64,000 bases of DNA from NCBI GenBank assembly GCA_963666285.1, contig OY762711.1. One strand, 5' to 3'. Within the stretch, counting starts at the first letter, position 1. Each line of letters opens with the position of its first letter. Source of the DNA: Sedimentisphaerales bacterium. Its GTDB lineage: Bacteria > Planctomycetota > Phycisphaerae > Sedimentisphaerales > SM23-30. Positions 1 through 10,371 of the stretch are shown piece after piece. A model generated the notes under the pieces. That model searched no databases, was not told the origin of the DNA, and saw only the letters and a program-made list of their open reading frames with translations. The position numbers and the translations under genes are program-made.

Positions 1-1248
1 TTCAGCAAAAGGTTCTAGCTCCAAAGAATCTTCAGTCATAAGCCAGAGTTTAGCTAATACAGAAAAGTCCACCAAATTTACCATGCAATCCAAGTCATAA
101 TCAGACTCAAGGTATCCCCAAATACCGCAGGAATCGTCAGAAATAACTACATTAATAGAAGGAACGAAGTTGTTTACAAAAGTTTCATCATTGCTGTTTA
201 CCGTATGCTCAATCACCATTGTATCAGAAAGCAGCTCCTGGCTACCGGCCATCTTCACTGTTATCGTTTTAGCCTGACTCCAGTCACTATCACTAAATGC
301 AACATCCAAGCTTTGACCATCACCATTTCCTACATCTAATCCTGATGGCGGAACTACTGTTACTATTACATCATCTGACGGCTGTTTTGCCAGTACAATA
401 GTATAATCATCGGAATAATCAGTATCATTTCTATACAACACTGTTATGCCATCTGACTCATTAAAAATCACCGGATTATAAAATAGAAACTCTGCTGGAG
501 CTAGAACCGTATCTGAAAATCGTACATTATCAAAATACCCCACAATCTGGTCAACATTATTACCATTATACCATCCCCTGCCGAATGTCCAGCTGTTACC
601 TGATTGAGCCAGAGCATTTTCCGCTGGCGTCTGATAAGAAATATCTAATTCACCTACAACCTGATAACCATTGCTATCAAGTTTATCACAATACATCGTT
701 AAGGTTATACCATCACAAACCAATACGAAATGATACCAATGGTTAGTTACTGGAACAAAATCACTATCCAGAATCCACCGTTCTCCACCAACTGTTTTAT
801 AATTCAGTCTGAATCTGTCATCAACACCATTATTCTGAAAATAAAAATCTGACTCTGCTTCATTTTGACTCGAACCATCACGACCTATAATTGTATTCCA
901 GTCTGACAAACTGTCAAGCTTGACAGAAATTTCAATTGTCCATAACTGAGGAGACCATGTATTCAAAAAGGTATCCGTAATATAACCATCTTGTCCTCCA
1001 TTACAGTACGCACTCAAACCGCTCCCAATAGAGGTATCATCTGAAAATGTTGGACCATAAGTAGTATTATACCCCCTCATAATATAACCATTAATTAAAT
1101 CTTCAGAACCACTGGAAGGCATATCAGAGAATGATAAACCATCCGTTCCATCATTAAAATCCCAATACGCTATTGTTGCACTATAAAGATTCACTCCCAT
1201 GCAAATCAAAACAATAACTATTTTTTTAATTATTGTTATATTTTTCAT
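1..1248 (-). CDS. Secreted LamG-like jellyroll protein with C-terminal dockerin-like motif (runs off window start)
   Basis: Not in the ORF track. ATG at 1248 with GGAGA RBS; begins MKNITIIKKIVIVLICMG..IAYWDFNDG and the window-edge end reads SDYDLDCMVNLVDFSVLAKLWL in the same frame, the same tail type as other secreted proteins here. Confidence 0.75.
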   Translation of the reverse strand, partial: MKNITIIKKIVIVLICMGVNLYSATIAYWDFNDGTDGLSFSDMPSSGSEDLINGYIMRGYNTTYGPTFSDDTSIGSGLSAYCNGGQDGYITDTFLNTWSPQLWTIEISVKLDSLSDWNTIIGRDGSSQNEAESDFYFQNNGVDDRFRLNYKTVGGERWILDSDFVPVTNHWYHFVLVCDGITLTMYCDKLDSNGYQVVGELDISYQTPAENALAQSGNSWTFGRGWYNGNNVDQIVGYFDNVRFSDTVLAPAEFLFYNPVIFNESDGITVLYRNDTDYSDDYTIVLAKQPSDDVIVTVVPPSGLDVGNGDGQSLDVAFSDSDWSQAKTITVKMAGSQELLSDTMVIEHTVNSNDETFVNNFVPSINVVISDDSCGIWGYLESDYDLDCMVNLVDFSVLAKLWLMTEDSLELEPFAE

Positions 1249-1353
1249 ACCAATTTCTCCTATTGCCAAAGAATAAATTACTTTTTAACTATATTCTATA
1301 TTCTCTTTATACCCCTTTGTTTTACCACAAAAGACTTGAAGAATAAATCAATC

Positions 1354-3006
1354 CTACTCTAATACAATAACCGGATTCTCAAAAACTCCATAATCCATAT
1401 CTATAGGTGTCAAAACCATATTATTATACTTTCGGCCTTCTGGGTCTTCACCATCGGTTACTATAAGAGTTAGAAAACGATCATCGTCCAAAATATCTAT
1501 CTCAATACACCCGTCAACTTTTTGCTCGTTATATTGCACCCTCTTGAATCTCAATTCACCATCAATAAGAACGTAAAAATCTGCATTCAGCAACCGTGGC
1601 GGTCTGGCAATCAATCCAAACCCGCTTTTAAATTTCGCAATCTTAGTGCCAGGCAGCATAGCTCTTATCGCATCAAGATCATAAGTTACACCAAGATTAG
1701 CATGCATCAAAATATATGATTCTTTATCATATTCAATATATTCATATAAAAGTAAACGTTCGAGTTCCGTATTCTCCGGAGTATTTATTACTCCGGAATA
1801 AGTCATTCCACAGGAAACAGGGCATTCTTTAAAAACATGTCCATAAGAACTGACTATCTGTTCAGTTTTGCCATTCGGAACAAACACTCCGTCAATAAGA
1901 GGGTTCTGTGAAACAAACTGATATACGTTTGATAGTGTTCGATTACCAAACTCAAGCTTATATGATTGTCCTGTACCAGGATCTATGCCAACATTTCTTT
2001 TTCCGCTACCAAAACCATTGCCTCCACCAACAATATCTGCCAGATCAATAATATTGTTTCCACGCCAGACAAAGTTGTCTCTTGAATCAAATGATCTGAC
2101 AAAATGCTCTTCATCAAACTCTATATCAGTAACTTCTGCAGTATTAGCCGCAATTTTTTTTGCCTGCCCTTTTAAGACATCAATGCTCGCTCTCCCTGAA
2201 TCTTTACCTGCAATTAACGCAGTTCTTCCCTTCACAACCTGCAAATATGTATCGCCCCATTTGTCAGTTTCTACACCAAACTCTGTTCCCATATCAATTA
2301 TTATCGCATTGGGTGTATAAACTGAAAAACCAATCGCTTCCTGAGGAACTGATGCATATAATTTACCAGACTGAAGACCAATCCTGTCAGTTGACAATAC
2401 CTGGTATTCTGCCGGAGCTTCCAAAATAACCTTTACACCATTATCAAAATTTAACTTCACAAAACCTTCCAGCAATGTATACGAATCAAATACTTCTGAC
2501 TCTCTACTTCCAGAATTTTTAACATTTTTCGTTTCTACAATCTTTGCATTATATTGATCTGAAATAGATGCATAATGAGGATGCTCCTGAGACAAACCAT
2601 ATTTCAAAATAAACACTACCATAAATACAGCAGCAACAGAAATAATTGCCCTAAAAGCAATCTTGGTTTTATTCCATACCCTTGGCTTAGGTGGCAAAAT
2701 AGGATCTTCAAATCGAAAGTCATAATGCTTCGGAGGAAACAGTGGTGCTATATTTTCATATTCAGCTAATGCATTCAAAACAGATGGGTCAAGATTGTTA
2801 CGGATATCCTGGTTTAGAATCTCAAATGAATCTCCTAAATATTCCAAGCCGATGTTTATATCCATAACTTCAAAATACAGCCTTCTAATCTCTGGATCAT
2901 ATAATAATTCTTCCAGGCGAATACCATCATCATATGTTAACTCACCTTCGGTATACAAGCTGACAAGGCGAACTAATTCATGTAAGAGTTTTTCTGACTC
3001 AGCCAT
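1354..3006 (-). CDS. FecR-family anti-sigma factor with C-terminal carbohydrate-binding-like domain
   Basis: Single TM helix, FecR-like motifs (LEAPA, GFSVYTPNAIIIDMGTEFGV); overlaps the upstream ECF sigma gene. Confidence 0.8.
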   Translation of the reverse strand: MAESEKLLHELVRLVSLYTEGELTYDDGIRLEELLYDPEIRRLYFEVMDINIGLEYLGDSFEILNQDIRNNLDPSVLNALAEYENIAPLFPPKHYDFRFEDPILPPKPRVWNKTKIAFRAIISVAAVFMVVFILKYGLSQEHPHYASISDQYNAKIVETKNVKNSGSRESEVFDSYTLLEGFVKLNFDNGVKVILEAPAEYQVLSTDRIGLQSGKLYASVPQEAIGFSVYTPNAIIIDMGTEFGVETDKWGDTYLQVVKGRTALIAGKDSGRASIDVLKGQAKKIAANTAEVTDIEFDEEHFVRSFDSRDNFVWRGNNIIDLADIVGGGNGFGSGKRNVGIDPGTGQSYKLEFGNRTLSNVYQFVSQNPLIDGVFVPNGKTEQIVSSYGHVFKECPVSCGMTYSGVINTPENTELERLLLYEYIEYDKESYILMHANLGVTYDLDAIRAMLPGTKIAKFKSGFGLIARPPRLLNADFYVLIDGELRFKRVQYNEQKVDGCIEIDILDDDRFLTLIVTDGEDPEGRKYNNMVLTPIDMDYGVFENPVIVLE

Positions 3007-3556
3007 TTATGCCGCCCTCATCTAAACGTAAAGTTAATCGGACACATTTTGCCAGATTTCCATGTATACGGTATATATTTTTATGCACAGCTGAAATCGA
3101 GTAACCTATTCGCCTGGCAATATTATCAAAGGTCAAACCCTTTTCATACCTTAGACTTATCAACTCTTTTTCCTTACTTGCAAGCTTGGAAGTGCACTTC
3201 TTTAACACATCTATCTTTTCTAACAAATTATCACATCGATGCTGTGATTCTGAATCGGTATGTAGTAATTCTATTACTTCAGTACCAAATAGATAATGAT
3301 TTCTATTTTTTTTCTGAGAGTAACTCAATACTTTATATTTGGCGATTGTCATTCCCCAGGAATCAAAACTTGTACCATCTTCAAACATATGAAATTTATT
3401 CCACATCTCTGTTAAGGTTTCCTGAAGTATATCATCTGCATCATTCCTGTTGGGTACCAAATAGCGAATAAAAGTATAAATTCTCCTCTGGTTAGCAACC
3501 AGAAGAGTCATAAATCGCTCTGTCTCAATGTTGTCTTTATTATTTTCCGGCATCAA
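2999..3556 (-). CDS. ECF sigma-70 factor
   Basis: Region 2 (DADDILQET, FDSWGMTIAKYKV) and region 4 HTH; adjacent anti-sigma gene. Confidence 0.9.
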   Translation of the reverse strand: MMPENNKDNIETERFMTLLVANQRRIYTFIRYLVPNRNDADDILQETLTEMWNKFHMFEDGTSFDSWGMTIAKYKVLSYSQKKNRNHYLFGTEVIELLHTDSESQHRCDNLLEKIDVLKKCTSKLASKEKELISLRYEKGLTFDNIARRIGYSISAVHKNIYRIHGNLAKCVRLTLRLDEGGING

Positions 3557-3779
3557 GGCTTTCCTTAAATATCCAAATATTTATATTCCATGAGCTTACA
3601 TTTAATTAATTCGTCAAATGACTCTGATTTTCACTGAAAAATACCTTATATCTTCTGTAAATAATTTAAGATTTAATAATAGCTCTGTAAATAACTATTA
3701 ACAAGTAACTTATAATAAATTTAATATCTAACTCATATTAGATTATTATCTTTTTTTTCAAATATGACTAATATCGGAC

Positions 3780-6700
3780 TTATCTATTTGCAAAGTCTGC
3801 AATTTCTGTCGATGACAGGCCAGTGTTATAAATTTTTACTTCATCAATCATTCCTTTGAAATAACCAACCGGGGTCTGAACTCCGGGTTCCATGTCGCTA
3901 TCATATGCTCCAACCAGAACATCTTCTGTAAATGCGGTATCAATTACCGCATCTAAACCAGCGGCATTTGTTTCAATTTCAACCCCATCGACATACAGCT
4001 TAACCTGGTTTATATTGCCTATACCATCCGGTAGTACCATTGCCACATGATGCCAGGTACCATCTTCCAGATCTGAACCTCCATACAGTCGAGCACCGTA
4101 GATTGCCAATGACAATTGCCCGGCTAAATCCAGCATTAAAATCATCTTCCTTTTCAGATCAACTGAATCCCCTTTTCCCCACGACGCTATGGCATGTAAA
4201 CCTGTTTCGCTGTTTGTCAGATCTGCATCTGCATTTATCCAGACTGATATTGTCCGAGGATTGGCTCCACTAATACCTCGATAATCTTTGACATAAACAT
4301 AATCATCTTCACCATCAAATACCAGACCACCACCAACATAGCCTGAAGCTGGAACTGGACCATTAACAAAATACACAGTACGACCGTAGATGGAATCATC
4401 CACAACTGACTCATTTTCAATAGTAGAAAAACTCAAATTTAGCTGAAGCGATTCATCAATCAGCCAAAATTGTGACATGATCGAAAAATCTAACAAATCC
4501 ACCCGTTCATCACTATTAAGACTTGCCCCATTGCACGCAGGAAAATCTAAACAGTCATAATTCAGCCAATTTGAGACTAAGCCAGATAAATCTTCGACAC
4601 CCTGGGTACCAGAGTAAATATTATCTATCTCAATCTGTAATTGAGCTGTATCATAAGAACCAGAACCGTTATCAACCCTTACCGTAAAAATATTTGTACC
4701 AACATCTGTATCAGAAGGCATTCCAGAAAATGACCCATCAGCTAAAACATTAAGCCAGTCTGGTCCAGAAACCTTACTATAATCAATGCCGTATTGAGAG
4801 TAGTTCGCTAGCGAATTACCTGAATACATTTCTAACTCAACACCTTTGGTATTAATAATCTGATCAGAAGTAAATGATGGCGGAAGACTCAGCAACGCAA
4901 TCTCATCAACGCTTAATGCGTAATTATATATACGAAAATCATCTATCCTGCCGTTAAATAACGGGTCTGAAGACCATTGGCTGTCACCTATATAATTAAC
5001 CTGTGGATTGAAATCACTCGGATTAATCGTCATTGAAGCATTTGTGGCTTTGAGAATACCATTTACATAAAGGTTTCCCGTATCGTCATTTAGAGTAACA
5101 GCAACGTGTATCCACACTCCAGTAGAAGGTGAAGAAGATTCCAAAATCTGCTCGGTGGCGCCATTTTTAATTGCAAATCTGATAGTAGAACTACTTGAAT
5201 TTGGCGTTAAAAACAGATACTGGCTAGTATCATTTCCAAAGTCAAAAATTCTTTGCCATGTATCAGAAGAAGACAGGTAGAACCAGCAGGCAATAGTAAA
5301 ATCATCAGTATTGAGAACGTTAGCAGGAACAGTCAGGTAATCGTCTGAACCATCAAAACTAATCGCCTGCCGATCGACTTTCCCATCGATATATGCCGGA
5401 CTGCCATATTCGTCAGCATCGAAATTGCCGGTACTGTCAAGAGCATTCCCTTCGAAAGGATAATATGCCGTTGGTGTGTCAAAGTTTCCAAAGGTAGTTA
5501 CACTTACAGGGCTGGAAGATTCTCCTACATTGCCCTGACTATCTCGCATTGTAACAGTATATGAATACTGAGTTAACGGCTGCAGGCCAGTATCAGAATA
5601 AACCGGTGAAGTTTGCCATTCGCTACTGGTACCTCCATTATTACCGGAAACTTCAGTAAATAAATATTCAATTTCGCCATAAGGACTGTAACCCGTTACA
5701 GCTGTCATAGATACGGAAAACGAGCTATTTGCGGTCGGCAATACGGTAAATCTGGCCGGATCAGGCGTAGGGCCGTCCGTTTCATCGCCCACAAGCTGAA
5801 TATACGGAACAGGCGGATCGCTCATGCCAGCACCAATGTAGAAACCAGGATGAGGCGGCTGGTTATATCCACAGCATTGCCAGGCCATTGCCAGTCGATA
5901 TTGCGGGTCATGCATAAATGTATATATACGGTATCCGGTAACTTCAGTAGAAACAAAAATTCTCAATTTTGTATTATCTGAAGATCGAAGTAGAATTTCT
6001 TCACGCCAGTCGCCGAGAATATCACCAGAAAGGCACGGGTTACCCTTGGTATAGTTATTACTAGCTGTACTATAAGAAGATGGGATATTATAAAAGCTTA
6101 TCAACCTATCAACACCGTTTCCGTTCCACTTGTTAAGAATCGGGTTAGCACCGGTACTACCAACAGCATCAAGCAGCTCTCGCTGAAGGTCGCCGGTCCA
6201 CCAGGCAAGGAAATTCATATCGGAACACCTAGTAGTGCTAAGTTGCGTGCCGTCAGCATTATAGGTGCCATCGGCAGCATAAGACCATACCTGATAACCA
6301 GTAAATCTCGAGTCAATATGAGCGGCACAGCACCTGCCGATATCGCCCTCACTATAATGGTCAATAAGAATCTCACCGGTGCCGGCATCTATCAGAGTGG
6401 CACCACCAAGCGTTGTTTCGATACACCGCCAGACTTCAAGGCCCGGTCGGTCAGGCAGCATATCGCCTAGATGGATAGCATCACCATGTCCAAGTGCAGT
6501 AGTATAAAGTCCGGTACCATCGTGATCTACACACATGCCGCCATAGACAATCTCATCTTTGCCGTCACTGTCCACATCACCAACGCTTAAATTGTGATTA
6601 CCCTGAGCATCATATCCGGGCCATTGCTCGCTGGTAAAATGCCAGAGTTTAGATAGTTTTCCACCCCTGAAATTCCATCCTTCCATTTTGGTTAGACCGT

Positions 6701-8531
6701 AAATGCCACGACAAATAACCAATGAAGGCTTATAGCCATCCAGGTAAGCAACGACCATATGGAACTTATTGGCACGATGGCCATAGGTATCGCCCCACTG
6801 GCTGAGAGCCACTCTAGGAATGTAGTTTGCCCTATCCAATTCGACACCGGTACGCCCATCAAAGATCGATAAAAATTCAGGCCCGGCATCAATATATCCA
6901 TCACCTTCATAACCGAAACTGCGATAATCGGTAATCCCATCGCCATTGGTATCACCAATGGTATTACCAGAATAGTCAGTCATGCCTTCACAAGTTCTTA
7001 AGGCTACTTCGGCATAACCGTCACTATCAAAATCATAAACGATAGGGTCAATCTCTACCATTGACAAGTGGTTAGGTCCAAGGTTAATCCTCCATTGGAA
7101 AGTTCCATCAAGCTTATATGCTTCAATAACCGGATATTCATCCCTGTCAGATGAAAATCTTTTTGCAACAATCTCATAAACACCATCACCATCAAGGTCA
7201 CCAACAGCACAATCATTAAGCTCATAAGACCAATCGGTATCACCGGGAACTCTCTGCATATCAATGGTATAGAAAGGGTCGGTATTGACAGAAACCGTAT
7301 TGGAAAACTCTATTTCCTGACCATCTAAAACAGCAGTAATACTATAAGTGGAAGAAGTAGAGCCAACACTATCAACATAATTAGTTGAGCCGGTGATTGG
7401 AGATGAATTTAATTTGACGCTTCCACGATAGACATTAAACGCAATATTTTCGGGGTCTGTACCAAACAAACGCCAGCCGATATAATTTGAAGAACCACTT
7501 CTCATAGCAATCAGGCCGCGATCGATTTTTTCCATCTTGCGAGGCTGAAGAGCAGCAACAGGTTTGAAAGACCATACCTGGCCTTTAATAACGGAAGAAG
7601 AATAAACAGTGTCAACTCTCCAGTAGTAAGTCTGACCATCGGCCAAAGTATATGGAACAGAAATAGAACTGCCAGAGGTACTACCAATAAATTCATCGTC
7701 AGATGTATCGGCATTATTAACTGCAGAAAGAACTGTTCCAAAATAAACCCTGCTTGAGACGGCTAAAGTACCAGGTTTCCAGCTAAGCGTATCAGTACCA
7801 ACAACTTCTGTTGCATCCCATGGGACAGGAAGCGAAGAGCCTGTAATTTTTTCAGCAGTAACACATGTTCTATTCATTTCAGATTGATATTCGACAATAA
7901 CCGCAGAATCAGCCGCGGTAGTGATTGTGCCGTTATCGACAAGATTCTGGAACCATGCAGTATCATTTCCACTAATATAGCAGAATCCGCCCTCTTCGAT
8001 ATATATATGACCGTAACCGCTACTGTAGCTAATCTGTGGACGAGAGGAGAAATATACAATCCCCTCCAATATCCTTAAGGTTCCATTACCTCCACTATAT
8101 CTGCCAATATACATGGTATATTTGGAAGTTAAGTAACCACCATCAATAGTTACGACACCAGTTCCACTACTACCGATATAGACATAACCTCGCATATTAA
8201 CAGAACCATTTTTGATGACAACATCACCATTAAGAGTATTATTACCGTAAGGATAATGTTCTCCACCAGTTATAGTAAAAAGAGCACCTTCGGTTGTACT
8301 AAGTGCATTTGGCCGGGTAGAAAGACCATAGTTTAGAATAGGGTCATAATTTGTGCCTGGTCCAATAGTAAGCACATCTCCGGTGTCATCAGTCACATCG
8401 ACAACCGGATTCCAGTTAGCCGAATCTTCAAAATCAGTACTTACGCTGCCCTCCCAGGTTGCGGTATCAGCGTAAGTACAAGATAGTACAGAAACTAGAA
8501 CTGTAATAATAAATAATGGTGTCCTATTCAT
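3780..8531 (-). CDS. Multimodular secreted rhamnogalacturonan lyase (PL11, YesW-like) with FN3, LamG and dockerin-like modules
   Basis: PL11 motifs MEKIDRGLIA, GDLDGDGVYE, QGNHNLSVGDVD, GHGDAIH, GDILGDWREE, HDPQYRLAMAWQ..YNQPPH; two LamG domains; signal peptide. Confidence 0.85.
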   Translation of the reverse strand: MNRTPLFIITVLVSVLSCTYADTATWEGSVSTDFEDSANWNPVVDVTDDTGDVLTIGPGTNYDPILNYGLSTRPNALSTTEGALFTITGGEHYPYGNNTLNGDVVIKNGSVNMRGYVYIGSSGTGVVTIDGGYLTSKYTMYIGRYSGGNGTLRILEGIVYFSSRPQISYSSGYGHIYIEEGGFCYISGNDTAWFQNLVDNGTITTAADSAVIVEYQSEMNRTCVTAEKITGSSLPVPWDATEVVGTDTLSWKPGTLAVSSRVYFGTVLSAVNNADTSDDEFIGSTSGSSISVPYTLADGQTYYWRVDTVYSSSVIKGQVWSFKPVAALQPRKMEKIDRGLIAMRSGSSNYIGWRLFGTDPENIAFNVYRGSVKLNSSPITGSTNYVDSVGSTSSTYSITAVLDGQEIEFSNTVSVNTDPFYTIDMQRVPGDTDWSYELNDCAVGDLDGDGVYEIVAKRFSSDRDEYPVIEAYKLDGTFQWRINLGPNHLSMVEIDPIVYDFDSDGYAEVALRTCEGMTDYSGNTIGDTNGDGITDYRSFGYEGDGYIDAGPEFLSIFDGRTGVELDRANYIPRVALSQWGDTYGHRANKFHMVVAYLDGYKPSLVICRGIYGLTKMEGWNFRGGKLSKLWHFTSEQWPGYDAQGNHNLSVGDVDSDGKDEIVYGGMCVDHDGTGLYTTALGHGDAIHLGDMLPDRPGLEVWRCIETTLGGATLIDAGTGEILIDHYSEGDIGRCCAAHIDSRFTGYQVWSYAADGTYNADGTQLSTTRCSDMNFLAWWTGDLQRELLDAVGSTGANPILNKWNGNGVDRLISFYNIPSSYSTASNNYTKGNPCLSGDILGDWREEILLRSSDNTKLRIFVSTEVTGYRIYTFMHDPQYRLAMAWQCCGYNQPPHPGFYIGAGMSDPPVPYIQLVGDETDGPTPDPARFTVLPTANSSFSVSMTAVTGYSPYGEIEYLFTEVSGNNGGTSSEWQTSPVYSDTGLQPLTQYSYTVTMRDSQGNVGESSSPVSVTTFGNFDTPTAYYPFEGNALDSTGNFDADEYGSPAYIDGKVDRQAISFDGSDDYLTVPANVLNTDDFTIACWFYLSSSDTWQRIFDFGNDTSQYLFLTPNSSSSTIRFAIKNGATEQILESSSPSTGVWIHVAVTLNDDTGNLYVNGILKATNASMTINPSDFNPQVNYIGDSQWSSDPLFNGRIDDFRIYNYALSVDEIALLSLPPSFTSDQIINTKGVELEMYSGNSLANYSQYGIDYSKVSGPDWLNVLADGSFSGMPSDTDVGTNIFTVRVDNGSGSYDTAQLQIEIDNIYSGTQGVEDLSGLVSNWLNYDCLDFPACNGASLNSDERVDLLDFSIMSQFWLIDESLQLNLSFSTIENESVVDDSIYGRTVYFVNGPVPASGYVGGGLVFDGEDDYVYVKDYRGISGANPRTISVWINADADLTNSETGLHAIASWGKGDSVDLKRKMILMLDLAGQLSLAIYGARLYGGSDLEDGTWHHVAMVLPDGIGNINQVKLYVDGVEIETNAAGLDAVIDTAFTEDVLVGAYDSDMEPGVQTPVGYFKGMIDEVKIYNTGLSSTEIADFANR

Positions 8532-8844
8532 TAAAATCGAACCTTTCTCGCTTAAAGAAATGCTGTCTCTCTATTCAAACACAAACACTTTAAGGTATTA
8601 TACTTATCGGAAAAAAACAGGGGAAGAATTACCAGATACCAGATGATCACCATATAGTACCAGATAACATAAGCTGTTATAGAACATATTGTTAAATAGA
8701 TCAAATATAACAATATGGCAATATTGAGTATTAAATACTATTCCCCTGCTAATATAATCTAACAGACAAACGAAATTAAGTTGTTCATAAATCAATATGT
8801 TAAAGTGTTGTTTTTTTCACTGATTTTTACAGATTTTGTATATA

Positions 8845-9044
8845 GTGCGGTTGCGCACTTTTGACTGTTCAACATTACACGCAAAGGCCAGAACAGGGCC
8901 TTGTGAATGAAAAACTTTATATTAAATTGTATTTCCGAGCTAATTCTCGAAAGTACATTTAATTCAAAGCGTTGCAGGAAGGCCCTTTTAGGCGATTTAC
9001 CAGAGGCACTTCGTTATTGCAACTTAAAAACTGCGAAAGTAAAC
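8845..9044 (+). repeat. Dispersed structured non-coding element A (longest copy)
   Basis: Homologous to the reverse complements of 48195-48276 and 62695-62854. Confidence 0.8.
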
Positions 9045-9587
9045 TATATATATAGATTATATAACAATTTAAATGGGCAATCCTACACCATTTTGCGTTA
9101 TAAAAGGTCCTGATTACGACAATGGTACAGATATGTAGATTGTTCTGGTACAAATGACTTAAGATAACAGATTAAACAGAAATTAAAACAGTTGGCGATA
9201 GTCAATTGCCAGTTAAAGATAGAAGGTTTAAAAGTTAAAAATATTTTAGCTTAGACTAAATTTATGTGGCCTAAAAGCTGGAAAATAATTGATTATACTT
9301 TTCAGTAATGGTGGTACCAAATGTGCAAAAATGGGCGATTTTGCCCCTCTTACGGCGGCGAACGGCGATGAATTGAGGCCTTACGGCGGGCGATGAACGA
9401 GAACGGCGGCGAACGGAGGAGCGCGGCGGGCAGCGGATTTTGTGGATATTTACGTAAGTTGTTATTTTTGGGCATTGGACCTACCAGATCTCGCGGAGCG
9501 GCGAGCTACACTAAATGAAAATTTAATAATTAAAAGTGAAAAATTAAGGTGTCCTGATGTACGTTGACATCAGGAATAATTCGCTGT

Positions 9588-10037
9588 CGCTCACGACTTG
9601 TTTTAAAGCTGACGCGTAAGAAAAATTCATGCCAAAATTTCGGCACCTGAAGGATGAGAAGAGTTAGAAGAAAGAAGCGAGGAGTGAGAAGGGAAAAAAA
9701 GCCCGGCGGCTCACACTTATTTTAAAGCTTACGCGGGAGTAAAGATTATATCAAAATTGCGGCATCTGAAGAATGATAAGAGTTAGAAGAAAGAAGCGAG
9801 GAGTGAGAAGGGAAAAAAAGCCCGGCGGCTCACACTTATTTTAAAGCTTACGCGGGAGTAAAGATTATATCAAAATTGCGGCATCTGAAGGATGAGAAGA
9901 GTTAGAAGAAAGAAGCGAGGAGCGAGAGGTAAAAGGTAAGTGTCGGCATGCCGACGATATTTAAACGCCGAAAGGCGGAAAAAAGCTTTACCACTGATAA
10001 GAAGAGTTAGAAGAAAGAAGCGAGGAGTGAGAGGTAA
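9588..10037. repeat. 119-bp tandem repeat (about 3 units) plus an extra copy of its purine-rich core
   Basis: Core AGAGTTAGAAGAAAGAAGCGAGGAGYGAGA at about 9660, 9779, 9898 and 10003; units 2 and 3 are nearly identical. Confidence 0.9.
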
Positions 10038-10371
10038 ATGCTTATCGCGAACTATTTAATAACTCCGCAAACTCAGAATCTGACGCAAATAACGCACATT
10101 TGAATGCTTATATTTATTGTTAGCTGACGCAAAAGTTGGCAGATTTTGAAATTGTTGTAAATTGTTCGGGTTTGGGGTATTATTATAGTTTGTGCCAAAG
10201 AAGATGAATTGTATAAAAATGGGTTACAATAACACAGAGTGTAAAACCGGTCGCGTTTTGAAGTGTAAATATCTGTAATATATAATCTTAAGAAAACAAG
10301 CCGGCCCTTATGCTATCTTTGTTGAGTTGCGATTGAGTATAATATTAAATATTTGATGTGGAGATTTTGTT

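Noticed and set aside
8907..9153. Short ORFs on both strands over element A
   Set aside because: The frame is not preserved in the other copies of the element; treated as non-coding.
9660..10037. Purine-rich repeats as a second CRISPR array
   Set aside because: Intervening segments are 75-90 bp and duplicated, and the repeat has no Cas12a handle or palindrome.
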